DNA of 64,000 bases, from NCBI GenBank assembly GCA_964016885.1, contig OZ024741.1, positions 55,490,001-55,554,000 of the forward strand, read 5' to 3'. This document shows, piece by piece, positions 1-16,314 of this stretch (positions are counted from its first letter, which is position 1; each line of letters begins with the position of its first letter). The DNA is from Eledone cirrhosa (Eukaryota). Made by a program: the position numbers and the translations under genes. Under the pieces are notes generated by a model. It did not search any database. It saw nothing but the letters and a program-made list of their open reading frames with translations, and was not told the DNA's origin.

Positions 1-2765
1 ACCCTATGAACGCCTTAGATTGATCCAAGTTGATTAGGGCCCCACCAAAGCCGGGTTCGTTCCCAACCCTCTCTATGATGTATCGCATGAGGTGGACGTT
101 GTCGTGGATGGAGCTGGACGGGATAGCACATGTCTGCGCATCTCCCACCAGGTTGCCCACGACAAGCGCCAACCTCTTTGCTAACACCTTGGCCAAAATC
201 TGTAACTCTGTATTTAGCAGAGTTATGGGCCTGAAGTGACTTATTTCGTCCCCCTTGTTCTCGTCCTTCCGCACTAGCGTGACTACACTCTTGGTTACAG
301 CACAGGGAATTCTCCCGTTCTGTTGCCAGTTGAAGTAGACCGCCTCGATGAGATCGGAAACAAAGTCCGGCATAGCTAGATATAGTTCGTATGGAAGACC
401 ATCGGAACCCGAGGATTTGCGTTTGGCGCATTGGCTCAGCACGTCCTCTATCTCAGCGGCTGAAATCGGCTCCTCGCAGGACTTCGCCTCCTCGTCCGAA
501 AGACGCGGCAGGCCGTCGAGTTATGGACCGAAGTTGGGCAAAGTACCTTTGAAAAACCTCACACACCTGCTTAGGTTCCAGGATCGCCCGTCCATCCTGG
601 TCTGGCAAAGATCGGATGGTGGATTTAATTCCACTCTTTGCTTCTGTTACACGGGCCCAGCTAACAGCTTTGGTCCCCTCGTTTCCTAGAGCACGTATTT
701 TACTTCGGACAACGCAGCCTTCGTGCTTCGCGTCGAAAAACTGGCTCAAAGCCGTTCTCGACGCTAGCACTCCGGCCACGTCGCCGCTTCTAATTGCCTC
801 TTCTACTCTATCTATCAGCTCCCTTTCCTTCTTATTCCTATCCGCAGCTAAAACCTTACTAAATTCTATCGAGACTAATCTAATCTCTCTCTTTAGAGAT
901 ACCCGATACCTACCACCTGCTGTTGACGATCGCTTCAGTCAACCGCTCCTTAACTAACGTACTAATCCGGTCCCTGTAAGCTTTACTTGCCGGTACGGTA
1001 ATGACAAGTTCAGCTTCCAGTAAACGGGACCTTGTCTATGCGTTCTATCAAGGTTGACCATACAGGTCACTAACTTGTGGTCTGAATAGCCAACCATGCG
1101 CATTTCTGGACAACTTAAAAAGTCCCTGTCCTTATTTCTAACTAAGAACCTATCTAGGTACGATCTAGATTGACCGCTACGATTTGTCCAAGACCAGGTT
1201 GGCACAGTCGGAAAATCTAGTTGAAATCTATCGGCCAGGTCAAGTCGGCCGAGTAACTCCTTGAGGCTGTTACACCCCTCTCTATTAGGACATGCCCCTG
1301 TATAGTCCCAACGTGCATCCAGGATACCATTCCAGTCCCCCACTAAAAGCAGGGAACGGGGACGTCCCTAAAAAAGACTCCAGACGTTAGAAGAAGTCGG
1401 GCCGCTCTGTCCCAAAAGGGGCACATGCGGCTACCAGCCTAAAGGCTCCACCTTCACCACTGCCAAGGTGCAGCTCCACCAGTCGACCCCCTGGGTCCAA
1501 GTGAACTATCTGTGTGGCGAGACCCAGATGTTTTTGCAGTAGAACGACAACTCCACCCCCACCTCCGGGCTGACAGAGAGATGCGTGCATCTCAAAGTCA
1601 TCAAAGGTGGGGGCCAGCTGTCGCACGCTGCTGATCCGGGCCTCGCAGATAACCATCACATTTATAGATCGTGACCTGAGGTCATTTAGAAGCATTGCTT
1701 GCTTCCAAGGTGAGCCCAGGCCGCGCGCATTTAGACACCCTACTTTCAACACAGCCATGTTGGTGGTAAGGAGAAAAGGCCCTTACCTCTCTGCGTCCCG
1801 GGGAGCGGGCCGCTCAATTTCCATGAGGGTGGGGGATGGGTTGTTGGGTGGGCTGGTGGTTTGTGGAAGTGTAGGGACATCAGCGTGTTGTGGGGTTGGG
1901 GTGTTTGTAGTTGAGTGGGTGTCTGGGTAGGGGGTGGGGAAATATTTTAGGAGGACGCGGTTGATTGGCTTGGTGCAGGGGGGGGGGGGGGGGCACGTCC
2001 TCCGTGAAATTTATTTTCAATGTTTTGAATAAGTTCATTGAGACTTTAAGCATTTTTAAATGAGGTAGTCCCACAGCAGTTAGAAAGTTAGGCCCTTCAG
2101 TTTGGACCGAAGGGTTTGACGAAATTGTGTTCATTAGTTCTTTGTTGTTTGTGTTCATGTATGTATATTGTAAAGTCTTTTTTTGCATAGCAGTTAGTGT
2201 TGTGTGAAGGGGAAGGGTGGTTTGTATATATAGTTTGTTTTCTCTTGATTTTTTAGCAGTCTGTGCAAAAGATATTTTGGTTACGTTGTTGGTGTTTGAG
2301 TTGTTCTGTGTCTCGTAGTTTGAGTTATTTTCAGTTTTATTGTTGTGTTTCTCATTTAGTGTGTTGGTTTTGTCATTGTTAGTGTTTTCGTTGTAATTAA
2401 TTGAGTTTGCACCCGTATTTACTTGTTTGTCCGGCATATTGCCTTTTACAATGTCTTTTAAAACGTTGACGCGGGAAAGCAAAGTGCTTTGTACCGCTTG
2501 CTTCTTTCTCTCTTATTCCTTAGTGAGCGTGGCGTATTCGTTCACACGTGCTACAGACATGGCGTCAATTTTAGACATGTGAGTCAGCAAAAAAGTTTTA
2601 TAAGTCAGCAAAAAAGGGGTAAAAATACGATGACCACCCGTCTACAGACCTAGCCAGGTGGTCAAAAGACACGAAGAAAACACAATAAAGAAACAAACAC
2701 TTACTGTCAATAGGTAAAAATTCAAAAAGGCACGAGCCGATGTTGTACGTGTCTATACTATGCGA
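1..2765 (-). mobile_element. Tx1/L1-clade non-LTR retrotransposon copy 1 (5' part, frameshifted; RT runs off the window edge)
   Basis: ORF2 start MAVLKVGCLNARGL (APE endonuclease), GDWN and SDHK motifs, RT motifs (RPITLLNTE, IHDN, LDQSKAF) across frames; ORF1 remnant at 1880-2482. Confidence 0.9.
954..1758 (-). pseudogene. APE-like endonuclease domain of Tx1 ORF2, copy 1, frameshifted
   Basis: ORFs 1387-1758 and 954-1343 carry LNARGL, GDWNGILD, SYLDRF and YSDHK. Confidence 0.88.
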
Positions 2766-3018
2766 GATAGATAGATATATTTCTTTATTAGCCACAAGGG
2801 CGCACAAGAAAAGGGGACAATACAAAGACATGCCGGGGATTTTACATACAGTTGTGTAAAAAATATTGAAACAAACAATTACAACAATCGAAATCCCCAA
2901 TAGGGGGGGGGGGAGGCGCCACAAATGAGTTGTTTAATACCCCGTCGATAGAACAACCCTCAACTCGAGGAGCGTGTTGTGCAAGTGCTCCTTTCTTCCT
3001 TTTGCTCTCTTCCTCAAC

Positions 3019-6000
3019 CTACAGGCTTATAAACAGAGAAGGCCTAATCACTCGAGCCATTTTCGCTTCATTCATCCACCTTTCAGTAAATTTACTGGGG
3101 TGCAGTGCCTCTATCTCCACCCTGATTCTCCTTCTAAAGTGATACTTAAAGAAGGGAATCAATTGTTGTCCGGAGAGAAAGGCATCTGTCCTCAGTCCTC
3201 TCAACCGCGTCCACCATATAACTTCTTTCACCATAGCCACCGTACAGAGGAAAACCGCCTATCTTTCGTTTTTGAAAGAGGCTGGCGCTTTGATACTTAA
3301 TATGGACTCGGCAGTCAACTGGATTTGTCCCATAAGCGACAGCAGTTGTTCTGCGTAGTTCCACAGGTCGGTTACGCCCGGGCAGTGTACAATTGCGTGC
3401 AGGACTGTTTCAATGTCTTGCGCGCATCTTGGACACGTCCTCTTGGAAGGATCCCTGCCGGGGCGTCCGTGCCTGTAGAACTTGTAACGAACCGGTAGAG
3501 CTCCTCGGTAGCACTGCCAGGCCAGGGACCTCTGGAAGTTGTCCATAGGTCCCGGGCGGAAAGTCCTACCAAACAGACTGGTGAGCTCGTCGTCTTCGAC
3601 GCCCAGAGTCTCTCCGAGCACGTCGTCGCCCTTGTAACGTACAATATCTCTATAGAATGTCGAAGTGGAGCCTCCACTGATTGCTGCGCCCGCTTGCCAG
3701 AGGACTGTGAGCGCCTGAGCGCATTCAATGTGCCAGGCGCCCATTGTTTTCGGTCTTTTCTTCACCCAGGACTGCAGCTCCGTCAGCGAGACGAGCTGTG
3801 GGAAACCTCTCTCACAAACGGTGCCCACACCGTTGGGGGTCGGTGAGGAATACCTTGAGATGCCGCAGCCTCAGCGCATGTTTGCGCATCATCAGCCACG
3901 GCATTCCCAGCCCTCTGTTGGAAGGGTACTGACAGCAGACGGATCTCCTCACCAGCGGAGCCTGCTTCTTCCACAGAAATTGGAAGAGCATGCGTTCCAT
4001 CTTGGCTAGGTGTTCGCGGGGACAAGGCACGACAGTCAAGCGGTAGTAGATGACGGACGCTATGAAAGTGTTCGCCACCTCCGCTCGACCTTTCAAGGAC
4101 AGTTTGCACTCTGCCCACTTCTGGGTGAGTGCAAACACCTTGGCCGTGACCTCGTTCCAGTTTTTCTCCACCTGGAGGTCTTGACCGAACCAGACCGCGA
4201 GCAATTTCACCGGTCCGTCCGTCCAGCGTGCAACGACGCTGTCGGACGTCATCGGTTTGCCTCTCCACGTACTGAGTTTCAAACCGACAGACTTATCTGG
4301 GTTTAGTTTTGCTCCCGTCAGCGTTTCGTATTCTTTCAGTAAGTTGCCGATCACCCCGATTTCCGAGGTGCTCGACGCCATTACTGTCACGTCGTCGGCA
4401 TAAGCCGACGCGGCTTTGCGCAGTCCTGATTCTAGAGGGATGCCCTGCAACAGCTCCAATTTCCGCAGTAGTGGCTCTAGAGTCAATACATACAAAATGG
4501 AGGAGAGAGGGCACCCCTGTCGAATGGAACGCGTGATTGCGAACGGCTCCGATAGGTAGCCGTTCACCTTGACCCTCGAGCAGATGCTGGTATGCATCGC
4601 CTCGATCCACCCCCTGAACACGGGACCGAAACCAGCCGCCTTGAGAACCGCTTCCAAGTATCGATGGTCGACCCTATCGAATGCCTTAGACTGATCCAAG
4701 TTGATCAGAGCCCCACCGAAGCCGGGTTTATTACCCACCCTCTCTATGATGTATCGCATGAGGTGGAGGTTGTCGTCTATGGACCTGGTCGGGATTGCAC
4801 ACGTTTGCGCTTTCCCTACCAGGTTCTCGACGACAAGCGCCAACCTCGTCGCTAGCACCTTGGCCAAAATCTTTAACTGTGTTGAGCAGAGTTATGGGCC
4901 TGAAGTTGTTAATTTCGTCCCCCTTGTTCTCGTCTTTCCTGATCAGCGTTACTACACCCTTGCCTCCAGAACTGGGAATTCTCCTGTTCTGCTGCCAATT
5001 GCAGTAGACGGCTTCGAGGACGCCAGAGAACAAGTCCGGCATGCCTATGTAAAATTCGTAGGGTAGACCATCTAGACCAGGTGATTTGCGTTTCCCGCAG
5101 CGGCCCAGAGCGTCCCGTATCTCAGTGTCCCTGATCGGTCTTTCGCAGAACTCGGCGTCCGTGTTAGAGAGATGCGGCAGGCCGTCGAGGTATGAACTAA
5201 AGTCCATTGTCCCGTTCTGCTCACCGTCATTCTGCTCAAACAGTCGCGCAACGTGCCGCTGAAAGGCCGCGCACATTTGCTTGGGGTCAAGTTGCACGCG
5301 TCCGTTTTGGTCTTTCAAAGACCGAATCGTGGGCTTGTTGCCACTGTTTGCCTCCGCCACTTGGGCCCAGCTGACAGCTTTCGCTCCTACGTTTCCTAGA
5401 GCACGTGTTTTGCTTCTGACCACGCAGCCTTCGTGTTTCGCATCGAAGAACTGGTCCAGTGCCGTTCTCGACGCTAACACTCTAGCCGCGTTTCCACTTC
5501 TAAGTGCCTCCTCTATCTTGGCTACTAGTTCTCTTTCTATTCTGTTTTTCTCTAAGGCTAACTCTCTGCTATACCCTATCGATTCTATTCTAATTGCTTT
5601 CTTGAGAGAGTACCACCATCTATTGTTGACGATGGCTCCCGTTAACTGTTGCTTGACTAGTCTACTTATCCGTTCACTGTAAGCTTTACGTGCCGGCAAC
5701 GACACGTTCAGCTTCCAGTATCCGGGACCCTGTCTATGTATTCTATCACGGTTGACTAAGCAGACGACTAACTTGTGATCTGAATAGGCAACCATGTGCA
5801 TTCGTGGACAGCTTAACATCTTGTCCCTTCCTCTAATGAAGAACCTATCTAAATACGATCTAGATGTCCCACTGCGATTTGTCCACGTCCACTGCGGTGC
5901 AGTCGGGAAATCCAGTCGATACCTATCGACCAGTTGGAATTGGCCGATTAAAGTTTTGAGGCTGTTGCACCCCGCTCTACTGGGACATGCTCCCACATAG

Positions 6001-6458
6001 TCCCATTGTGCATCTAGGATACCATTCCAGTCCCCCACTAAAAGTAAGGAGCGAGACGTTCTCAGAAAAGACTCTAGACGCTTAAAGAAGTCTGGCTGTG
6101 ATTGCGATTGCCCGGTCGGGGCATAAACGGCCACCAGTCTGAAGGCTCCACCTCCGATACTGTTCACGTCTAGGACTACCAGTCTACCCTCCGGGTGCAA
6201 GTGTACTTGCTGTACTCCGACGTCCAGGTTCTTCCGAAACATGACAGCCACTCCACCTCCACCTCCTGGCTGACAGAGAGATGCGTAGATCTCAAAGTCG
6301 TCGAAGATGGGGGTTAGTTGCTGCCTGTTGTGGATCCTGGACTCGGTGATGGCTATCACATCCATACTGTGTGACCTAAGGTCGTTTAAAAGTTGGCCCT
6401 GTTTCCAGGGCATCCCTAGGCCACGCACATTCACGGTTCCAACTCGTAAACTAGCCAT
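3019..6458 (-). pseudogene. Tx1 ORF2 (APE endonuclease, reverse transcriptase, CCHC zinc finger) broken by frameshifts
   Basis: 575-aa APE ORF; 351-aa RT ORF with LDQSKAFDRVDH, IRQGCPLS and AYADDV; CPRC..ETVLHAIVHC in the 189-aa ORF. Confidence 0.93.
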
Positions 6459-6499
6459 GTTGGTGAAGAAAAGTTGGAGAAAAAGGACGAAAGGTGCGC

Positions 6500-7923
6500 T
6501 TACCTTTTCGTTTCCTGGAGATCGGGTTGTTCAATCTCCATTTGGGTGCTGGATGGGGTGTTGGGTGGGGTGGGGAAACATTTTAACAGGGCGCGGTTTA
6601 TGGGTTTGTGGCAAGGGTTGCCCACGTCCTGTGAAAATTTATCTTTTAGGTCATTATAGATTTCAATAGAAACCCTTATAAGTTTAAGGTGTGGAGACGA
6701 TTCTGCCTTGACGAAAGTTTTGCCCTCCGTCTCCACCTTGGGGTTTTGGGAGATGACCTCCATCAAACTCTTGTTGTTTGTGTTGATGTATGCGTATTGT
6801 TGTTTGTGTTTTTGTTGTGTTGTTTTAGTTTGTTGTTCGTCCGGGAGTTTTCTTTTTATGGTGGGTGCTCGTGTTTGGGGTGGTGTTGGTGCTGGTTTTG
6901 CTGATAGGGGGATGTTTGACTGTGGTGTTGTTTGTGTTGTTGTTTGTGTCTGTGGTTGTGTTTTGGTGTTGGTGATTGGAGTTTTGGGGGTTTTGTGGCG
7001 TCTCTTTTTTTGTTTTTTAGATTTCCGCGGTTCTCCCTCTTCTTCACTTAAAGAAGGAGAAGCAGCTTCATCTGTCGATGAATAATCATCGTCAGGTGTG
7101 TGGGGTAAGGGTATGTTGTGTGGTGGTGGTGTTTCGGTGTGTGTGTTTGTGGTAGTATTTGATGGAGTGGGATGGAGTGGGGCTGTATTCTTCAGGGGTG
7201 TTGTCTCTGTTTTTTCTGTTGTTGTTGGTTGAGTCTCTGTTTGTTTTGGTGTGGTTGCTCGTTTCGTCTTCTGTCGTTGTACTTGTGGTGGTGGTGGTGG
7301 TTGTTTTGGTGTTGGTGTTGGTAATAGCGTTTTTTTTATGATGTTGCTGTTGTGTGTTTGTGGACAAGAGGCTTTTAGGTGTGATGTGCTACCACAGCGA
7401 AAGCAGTGAAATTTTCTTCCTTCTACCGAAATGTTTATTTTGTTGTTATTATCAATAACGACTCTTTCGGGTATTTTGGAGATTCTCTCCGGTTTCATTT
7501 GCAACAGAATCTCCAAATCGGTGCCCGCCCACCTTTGTCGAATGGATTTTCGTATCGAAAGTATTATGTCTGTTTCTGGCTCTACGAAGCCAGCCAAGAT
7601 CCACCAGATGTTAATGCTTGGAGGTATGTTTTTATTTTTATTTTTTGTGTCCTTTTCCCCATGTATGTAGGGAAAAAGGTGTATGCTTTTGACACTATTG
7701 GTGTCAAAGAGTTTTTTGGGGTCAGTGCCTCGCTTTTAAACAGTACGGAAAGACTTCCGTACTGTTTTCCTCGCTGGAGAAAATCGACATTTCCTAGAAT
7801 CTCCTTGAAAGAATCTTCTATATCTGACTGATTAACAAATGTCGGTTTTCTTGACGAATTTGACACAGTCCTAAAAGTGATGCATCGACGATTGTCCTCC
7901 TTGCTTCTGATGGACACCACCAA
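6500..7923 (-). pseudogene. Tx1 ORF1 gag-like nucleic-acid-binding protein, copy 2, frameshifted
   Basis: CFRCGSTSHLKASC zinc knuckle and Pro/Thr-rich tail; similar to the 10336-11694 ORF. Confidence 0.88.
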
Positions 7924-8019
7924 GTGGCGATAGCTGCCGGTGTTTTTGCATAGCTACGGTTTTCTAAATGTTTATTTATAAAAATACCGTATTTCTTTAG
8001 AAATACGAAATTCCAATAC

Positions 8020-10335
<2,316 letters not shown>

Positions 10336-11694
10336 CTACGGTTTCTCGTAATAAATTCCGACAAAATGCAGGATGGGTGATGGCGAGATAGCCTCATCTG
10401 TTGTATCGTCTGTGTGATTGGGGAAGGGTATGTCTTGGGGAGCTGTTGTGTCTGTATGTGATTTTGCAGTGGTTTTAGGTGGAGTGGGGTTAGGTGGGAC
10501 TGTGTTTGTTGTGGTTATTTTTGTGTGTTGGTGTTGTTGTTGTTGTGGTGGTGGTGTTGGTGGTTGTGTTGTTTTGATGGGTGTCGGCAGAAGAGCCTTT
10601 TTTTGGTTCATTAATTTAGGACAGGAAGCCCTCAGGTGACCCCTGCTAAAGCAATGGTAACATGAAGGCCGCCTACCCTCAACCGAAAAGTTTATGTAGG
10701 TGAGTCCGTCCAGGAGTACACGCTGTGGGATCATAGCTATTCGCTCTGGGCTCATTTGCACCAGAACTTCAATGCTAGTCCCATTGAATACATCTCTGGG
10801 GGACTTTCCTACTGACAGTATTCTGTCTTCATCAAAATTGATGAAGCCGCACAGTATCCACCATATGTTCACCTTTGGTGTGACACTCGTTATTCTGATC
10901 TTTTGTGTCCTTTTTCCCATGTATGTAGGGAAAAAAGTGTACAGGTTGGATACAATTGGCGACACAGAGTAATTTTGGGCCGTCAATTGATCCTTCATGA
11001 GTACCGAAATACTCCCAAAAAGTTTGCTTCTTTGAATGAATGCAATATCATTCATTGAATTTTTGAAAACCAGTTCAATTTCTTTCTGTGACAATTGGAC
11101 TGGTTTTCGGGTAGAATTGGAAACTGTCCTAAAAACTATCGTTTTGAGAGCAGTTTCCTTGCGAATTTCTACCGGAGAATTGATGCTGAAAGCACCATTT
11201 CTTTCGAAAGTGACATATCTCTTAGCGTCCTTTAAAAGTTGTTCAGCATTTGTTATGTCGAGATATATCAATTCTTCCTTCTTTTGAACTTTCTCTGCAA
11301 AGGAAATTTTTGGTTTCTTTGTGGAATCCGTATTGGTGGTGTTATCATTATTGTTGTTATTCTTGTTGTTATTCTTGTTGTCACCGATGTTGGTATCATC
11401 CGTATTTTCCTTGGTGTTGTTGTTGTCTTTGATGCTGGTGTTATTGGTGTTGTCTTTATTTTTTTCTTTGTTGTTGTTATCATTGTTGCTTTTATCATCA
11501 TTATTGGTTTTGCTGTTATTTTTGTTGTCATTGAACTGTTTGGTGTCATTTGTGTTGTTTGGATGTGAATTCGTTTTTTTATTTTCATTTTGTCTTTCCA
11601 TCTCTATAGTATCTAGTGAAGAAGACGTTGTTGACTGCGAGCTTGGTAGTCTTACCGCCTCTCCACCACCATTATCGTTGGACGCAGCGTTCAT
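10336..11694 (-). CDS. Tx1 ORF1 gag-like protein, copy 4 (Asn-rich N-terminus, CCHC knuckle, 3'-truncated)
   Basis: 452-aa open frame with CYHCFSRGHLRASC; homologous to copy 2 ORF1 (FFPTYMGKRTQKI). Confidence 0.85.
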   Translation of the reverse strand: MNAASNDNGGGEAVRLPSSQSTTSSSLDTIEMERQNENKKTNSHPNNTNDTKQFNDNKNNSKTNNDDKSNNDNNNKEKNKDNTNNTSIKDNNNTKENTDDTNIGDNKNNNKNNNNNDNTTNTDSTKKPKISFAEKVQKKEELIYLDITNAEQLLKDAKRYVTFERNGAFSINSPVEIRKETALKTIVFRTVSNSTRKPVQLSQKEIELVFKNSMNDIAFIQRSKLFGSISVLMKDQLTAQNYSVSPIVSNLYTFFPTYMGKRTQKIRITSVTPKVNIWWILCGFINFDEDRILSVGKSPRDVFNGTSIEVLVQMSPERIAMIPQRVLLDGLTYINFSVEGRRPSCYHCFSRGHLRASCPKLMNQKKALLPTPIKTTQPPTPPPQQQQHQHTKITTTNTVPPNPTPPKTTAKSHTDTTAPQDIPFPNHTDDTTDEAISPSPILHFVGIYYEKP

Positions 11695-11910
11695 AACGTA
11701 ATCAAAATTTTACAATATTTTTTCCAAGATTCGATGGAGAAAAATTTTTTAAATGGATATTCCGCCCCTGTAGGGGCGAAAATGAGTTGACCCACCACCT
11801 GAAGGTCCAGATGGGTGGTCAAGTTACACAATGATATAAAATTTAACTAAAAACTCACGTTTTTTTCTTACATAAATTAACGGAAACTTCTCCGCGAAGT
11901 TACACACGTC

Positions 11911-11911
11911 T

Positions 11912-11988
<77 letters not shown>
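11911..11988. repeat. (GATA)n microsatellite between Tx1 copies
   Basis: Direct reading. Confidence 0.97.
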
Positions 11989-12390
11989 CTTTCTATTTAT
12001 TTGGCACCAGGTCCTCAAAGATTGGGACAAATACAAGAGGGGGAGTTTACATACATTTCAAGGGACGTGCAAAAATATATAACAAATCAAATTCAACAAT
12101 CGAAGTCCTCAATAGGGAAGGGGCGTTGACGTGGGTCGCAAACACCCCCTAAAAAATGTGCAACCCTCCTCGGGAGCACAAAGAGCGGGTCCACCCTTCG
12201 TCCACTCCTTCCTCTCCTCTCTCACCTACAGGCCTATATAGAGGCAAGGCCCATTCACTCGGGCCATTCTCGCCACTTTCACCCATCTTTCATAAAACTT
12301 GCTGGGGTAGAGCACCTCTCTCTCCATTCTGATCCTTCTTCTAAAATGGTACTTGAAAAAAAGAACCAGTTGTTGGCCGAGTGGAGGTTG
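11988..12390 (-). mobile_element. 5'-truncated Tx1 3' end
   Basis: FFKYHFRRRIR..F.ERW..ARMARV C-terminus as in copy 2, with a 3'UTR ending in (TATC)n. Confidence 0.85.
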
Positions 12391-13017
12391 GTTGTTGCAG
12401 AGTGGAGCACTCGAGGAAGTACGCACATTGGTTTGTTTACTCCGGAATAATGTAAAATAAGTAAGTCAAAGATGTTAAAATTGGCTTCGTTTATTAGAAA
12501 TTCTCTGCTATATATATTTCGGTGACAGCTACTATTGGCTGTGACCTCAGCAGGCAGTACGAATTAGTGTGGAAAAAACAGGTAAACATGTTGTTGAAAT
12601 GTGTTCCACTCTGTCAATATATATATATATATGTAAATTCCTTGTTCTATCTTCCAAAAACAATTAACTTGCAGACCCCTGCAAGTGGATTTTGTCGATT
12701 TCGGATTTACAGAAACCTAGCGGAGATATTATATATTATATGTGATGTATATTATATGGTATATATCATGTGTTGTGTATGATGTCGACGCGATGGTCTT
12801 TACCCAGGTTAGTCAAATTTTTATCCTGAGTTCAGTTTTTTTCGTCGCTATGGTCACTGCGGCCCGTCTATCGGTCGCTGTCTTCAATTTGCAAAGCTGT
12901 CGAAACGTAATGTTATAACTCTAGGGTAATATACCCTATTGAGTGCTTAGCTGCACACCGAGATTGCATTCGTTAGCTTGGCTGCAACCAGAGCTTCGAT
13001 GATGCTGTACTAAATTT

Positions 13018-13128
<111 letters not shown>

Positions 13129-13149
13129 TTATGATATATATATATATTT

Positions 13150-13760
13150 ATGAATCAAGAAAGCCAGTGATGCTTTGGGGTGGCTGAATGAACGTTTGTG
13201 ATCCAGATGAGGTATCACCATTGAAACCAAGGTAAAAGTGTAACTGACTTGTGTCCTTTCATATTTGCTTTATGCTTGTAAAACGTGGGTCACATACAGA
13301 AGTCACCTCAAGGAGCTGGAGAGGTTTCACCAACAATCTCTTCGTAAGATACTTGGGGCGCGATGGAAAATGTTCGTCAGCGATTTGGAAGTTCTCGAAC
13401 GGAGCAGGTGCATGAGTATAGAGACCAATGATCTTTCGGTATCAGTTGAAGTGGTGCGGTCCCGTGGTCCGGATGTCTGATGATCGCATTCCAAAGAAAC
13501 TTCTTTACGGTGAACTGTGCCAAGGAAGATGACTGTTCTGAACTGCCTGCTGTTGGGCAAAATCTGGTTTACCAGCACTGTGGTCGAGTCTGCCTGAGCA
13601 AAGCTAGTCTGATAAGAGATGATCAAAGTCGTATCAGTAGACCTCATGTAGATTATGAACAGCATGATCGGAAAAGGGATAGGGAATGTGGAATTTGCAA
13701 TCATCGGAGGTCTTAAAAGACATATGAGAACGCACAGTCAGAACCAAGCTGTGGAAAGTC
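13150..13760 (+). mobile_element. RTE-clade LINE 3' fragment
   Basis: LLYACKTW..HLKELERFHQQSLRKILG..W post-RT motif, decayed. Confidence 0.75.
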
Positions 13761-14209
13761 CCGACTGTCAATGTAATATGGTGGTATTTATACATTTTCT
13801 GGTGGTAGGAGAGGGTAGTGATTGGGATGGGTGGAGGTCATTGGCTGATGGATTTAAAGAAAAGGGGTTCTTTAAAAGCTATATTTAGAGAAAAATGCAT
13901 CGTGAATACAAAGGCAGAAGTAAATTCACGCTAAGGAGGCACTCCTAATATTTAAGGTTCATTTATTCCAAGCAAACAATAGGTATTCATTGGTGAGGTC
14001 TGTAAAAATGGTCAGGTGTCTACAATCACACACACTCAGACACACACACACACACACACGTCTATTTATCTCTTGTATGCTATTGAGTACTCATTCACAC
14101 TGCATTCAAAATAAGGGTGTAAAAGTGTGTGCGTGTATATATGTGTGGGTGGAGCTGTTTGTGCATATATATACACGCAGTTACATAGACATAGATGAAT
14201 ACACACATA

Positions 14210-14300
14210 TAGACTACATACCTCTTCCGACCAGAGAAATTGGAAAACTGTTCTTTGTTCCTTCTTGTTGCATTCCACTAGCGGAGCCGGCATGTTTACA
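14210..14300 (-). mobile_element. mariner transposase N-terminal fragment
   Basis: EQRTVFQFLWSEEV resembles the mariner N-terminus EQRSVIRFLWSEGV. Confidence 0.5.
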
Positions 14301-14450
14301 CTATAAGAGCAGCAAGAAAGCTGACGCGATCAAGTTCAAACTTCGGTCTCGTGACCACAATAGTAACAACTATAAGCTCGCATGAGCAGAAGGCAGTGTG
14401 ACAAACCTAAAGATATTTTATGGCGAAAATGCGGATAATTACTTAGGCTC

Positions 14451-14484
<34 letters not shown>

Positions 14485-14490
<6 letters not shown>

Positions 14491-15007
14491 TGCAAATTCT
14501 GCTAAGAGTATTGCAATCGCTTGTCAGATTACAGAAAATGGTGCACCTTTAGGCTACAGCCAGCAACACGAACCTGTAACACATCCTGGACAAGCAATGC
14601 CTGTACTATGAAGGGTTTTTTAAGTGGGGAAAGGCCTTGCACTCGACCAATCCCACTCTCTGGGCATCGAAAACACTACCCGAAAAGGAGAACTTGTCAA
14701 CATCATTGGATGCTTCCAAAGCCGCAGGTTTTTTTTGCTTTTCAGAGTTTCCTTCTGCTAGAAAAGCGTTGTGACAAAAGCTGGGGGCCTTTCACTGCCA
14801 GGTGGGAAAAAAAGTACTATTTGGATGGCCATTGACTCTGTTGGGTTCCTCCGCCCTTTGCCGTGTCTTGTGTTTCATCCCGCAGGGTGTCCAAATATCA
14901 CCCTCCTCACCAAGCAACTTGGTGGGGTTGCCGGTTTAGTCGCCGATGACCCGACCATGAAACAGGTTGTACTGGGTTACATGTTACCAGTAGCACTCGA
15001 GAGCGAC

Positions 15008-15010
<3 letters not shown>
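14485..15010. repeat. Interspersed repeat fragment, probably a LINE 5' region; related to 60975-61060 in the opposite orientation
   Basis: TTGGATGGCCATTGACTC and GGxTGTCCAAA shared with 60980-61060. Confidence 0.5.
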
Positions 15011-15059
<49 letters not shown>

Positions 15060-15076
15060 CTGAACCAGATCAATTA

Positions 15077-15149
<73 letters not shown>

Positions 15150-15159
15150 TACACACAGA

Positions 15160-15335
15160 AATATTAGAGAGTCGGGGTTTGTCGGCTGAACCATTGCTGT
15201 TTCGACAGCTAAATCCAGACTGGAATTAGCTGTCGGAGTGGTAAGAGTTCTTTCTAATATAGTCACACTCCACTATCCAAAGTATCGAGTACTCTGCTGA
15301 ATAATGGTCTTACTATTGCGGTTATATCCTGATGT
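15160..15335. mobile_element. Decayed mini fold-back insertion of the 50.7-kb tail family, with an HHR 3'-half remnant
   Basis: ATATTAGA...TCTAATAT arms; the reverse complement of the 75-bp tail matches GACCAT..CAGAGTACTC.ATACTT at 50740-50770. Confidence 0.55.
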
Positions 15336-15528
15336 ATATAGAGATACATAAATGTATATAGAGATACATAGATGGATGGATGCGTAGATAGATAGAGAGA
15401 TAAAGAGATGTCTAGAGATATACAAAGATAGATGGAGATATAGATTCATGCATATAATATATTAGTTACAAAATATATTGATATCTATATAGAAATATGT
15501 AATTACAGATACGCACACACACACAGAC

Positions 15529-16050
<522 letters not shown>

Positions 16051-16262
16051 TCAATGTACATACGCACCAATCACCGTTGCTGCAACGCTAATAACAAATA
16101 TTGGGATATCACTTTAGATGTTTTCATGAGATACAAAATGGCCAACTGAACGAAATGAAAAAGGCATCCATTTAATTCCCTCGTCTCTCATAGATCAAAG
16201 TTATATTAGTCCATCGTACAGCACCCTGACCGTCATTAAACAACGACATAAACAACAACATA

Positions 16263-16314
<52 letters not shown>

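Larger units (their letters stand above)
2766..8010 (-). mobile_element. Tx1/L1-clade non-LTR retrotransposon copy 2, near full length
   Basis: ORF1, APE, RT and C-terminal zinc finger in order; the 3' end AATAAAGAAATATATCTATC abuts (TATC)n. Confidence 0.93.

Noticed and set aside
12770-12922. Hammerhead with 3' half GTCGAAACGTAATGTTATAAC
   Set aside because: There is no acceptable CUGANGA or UUGANAA core upstream.
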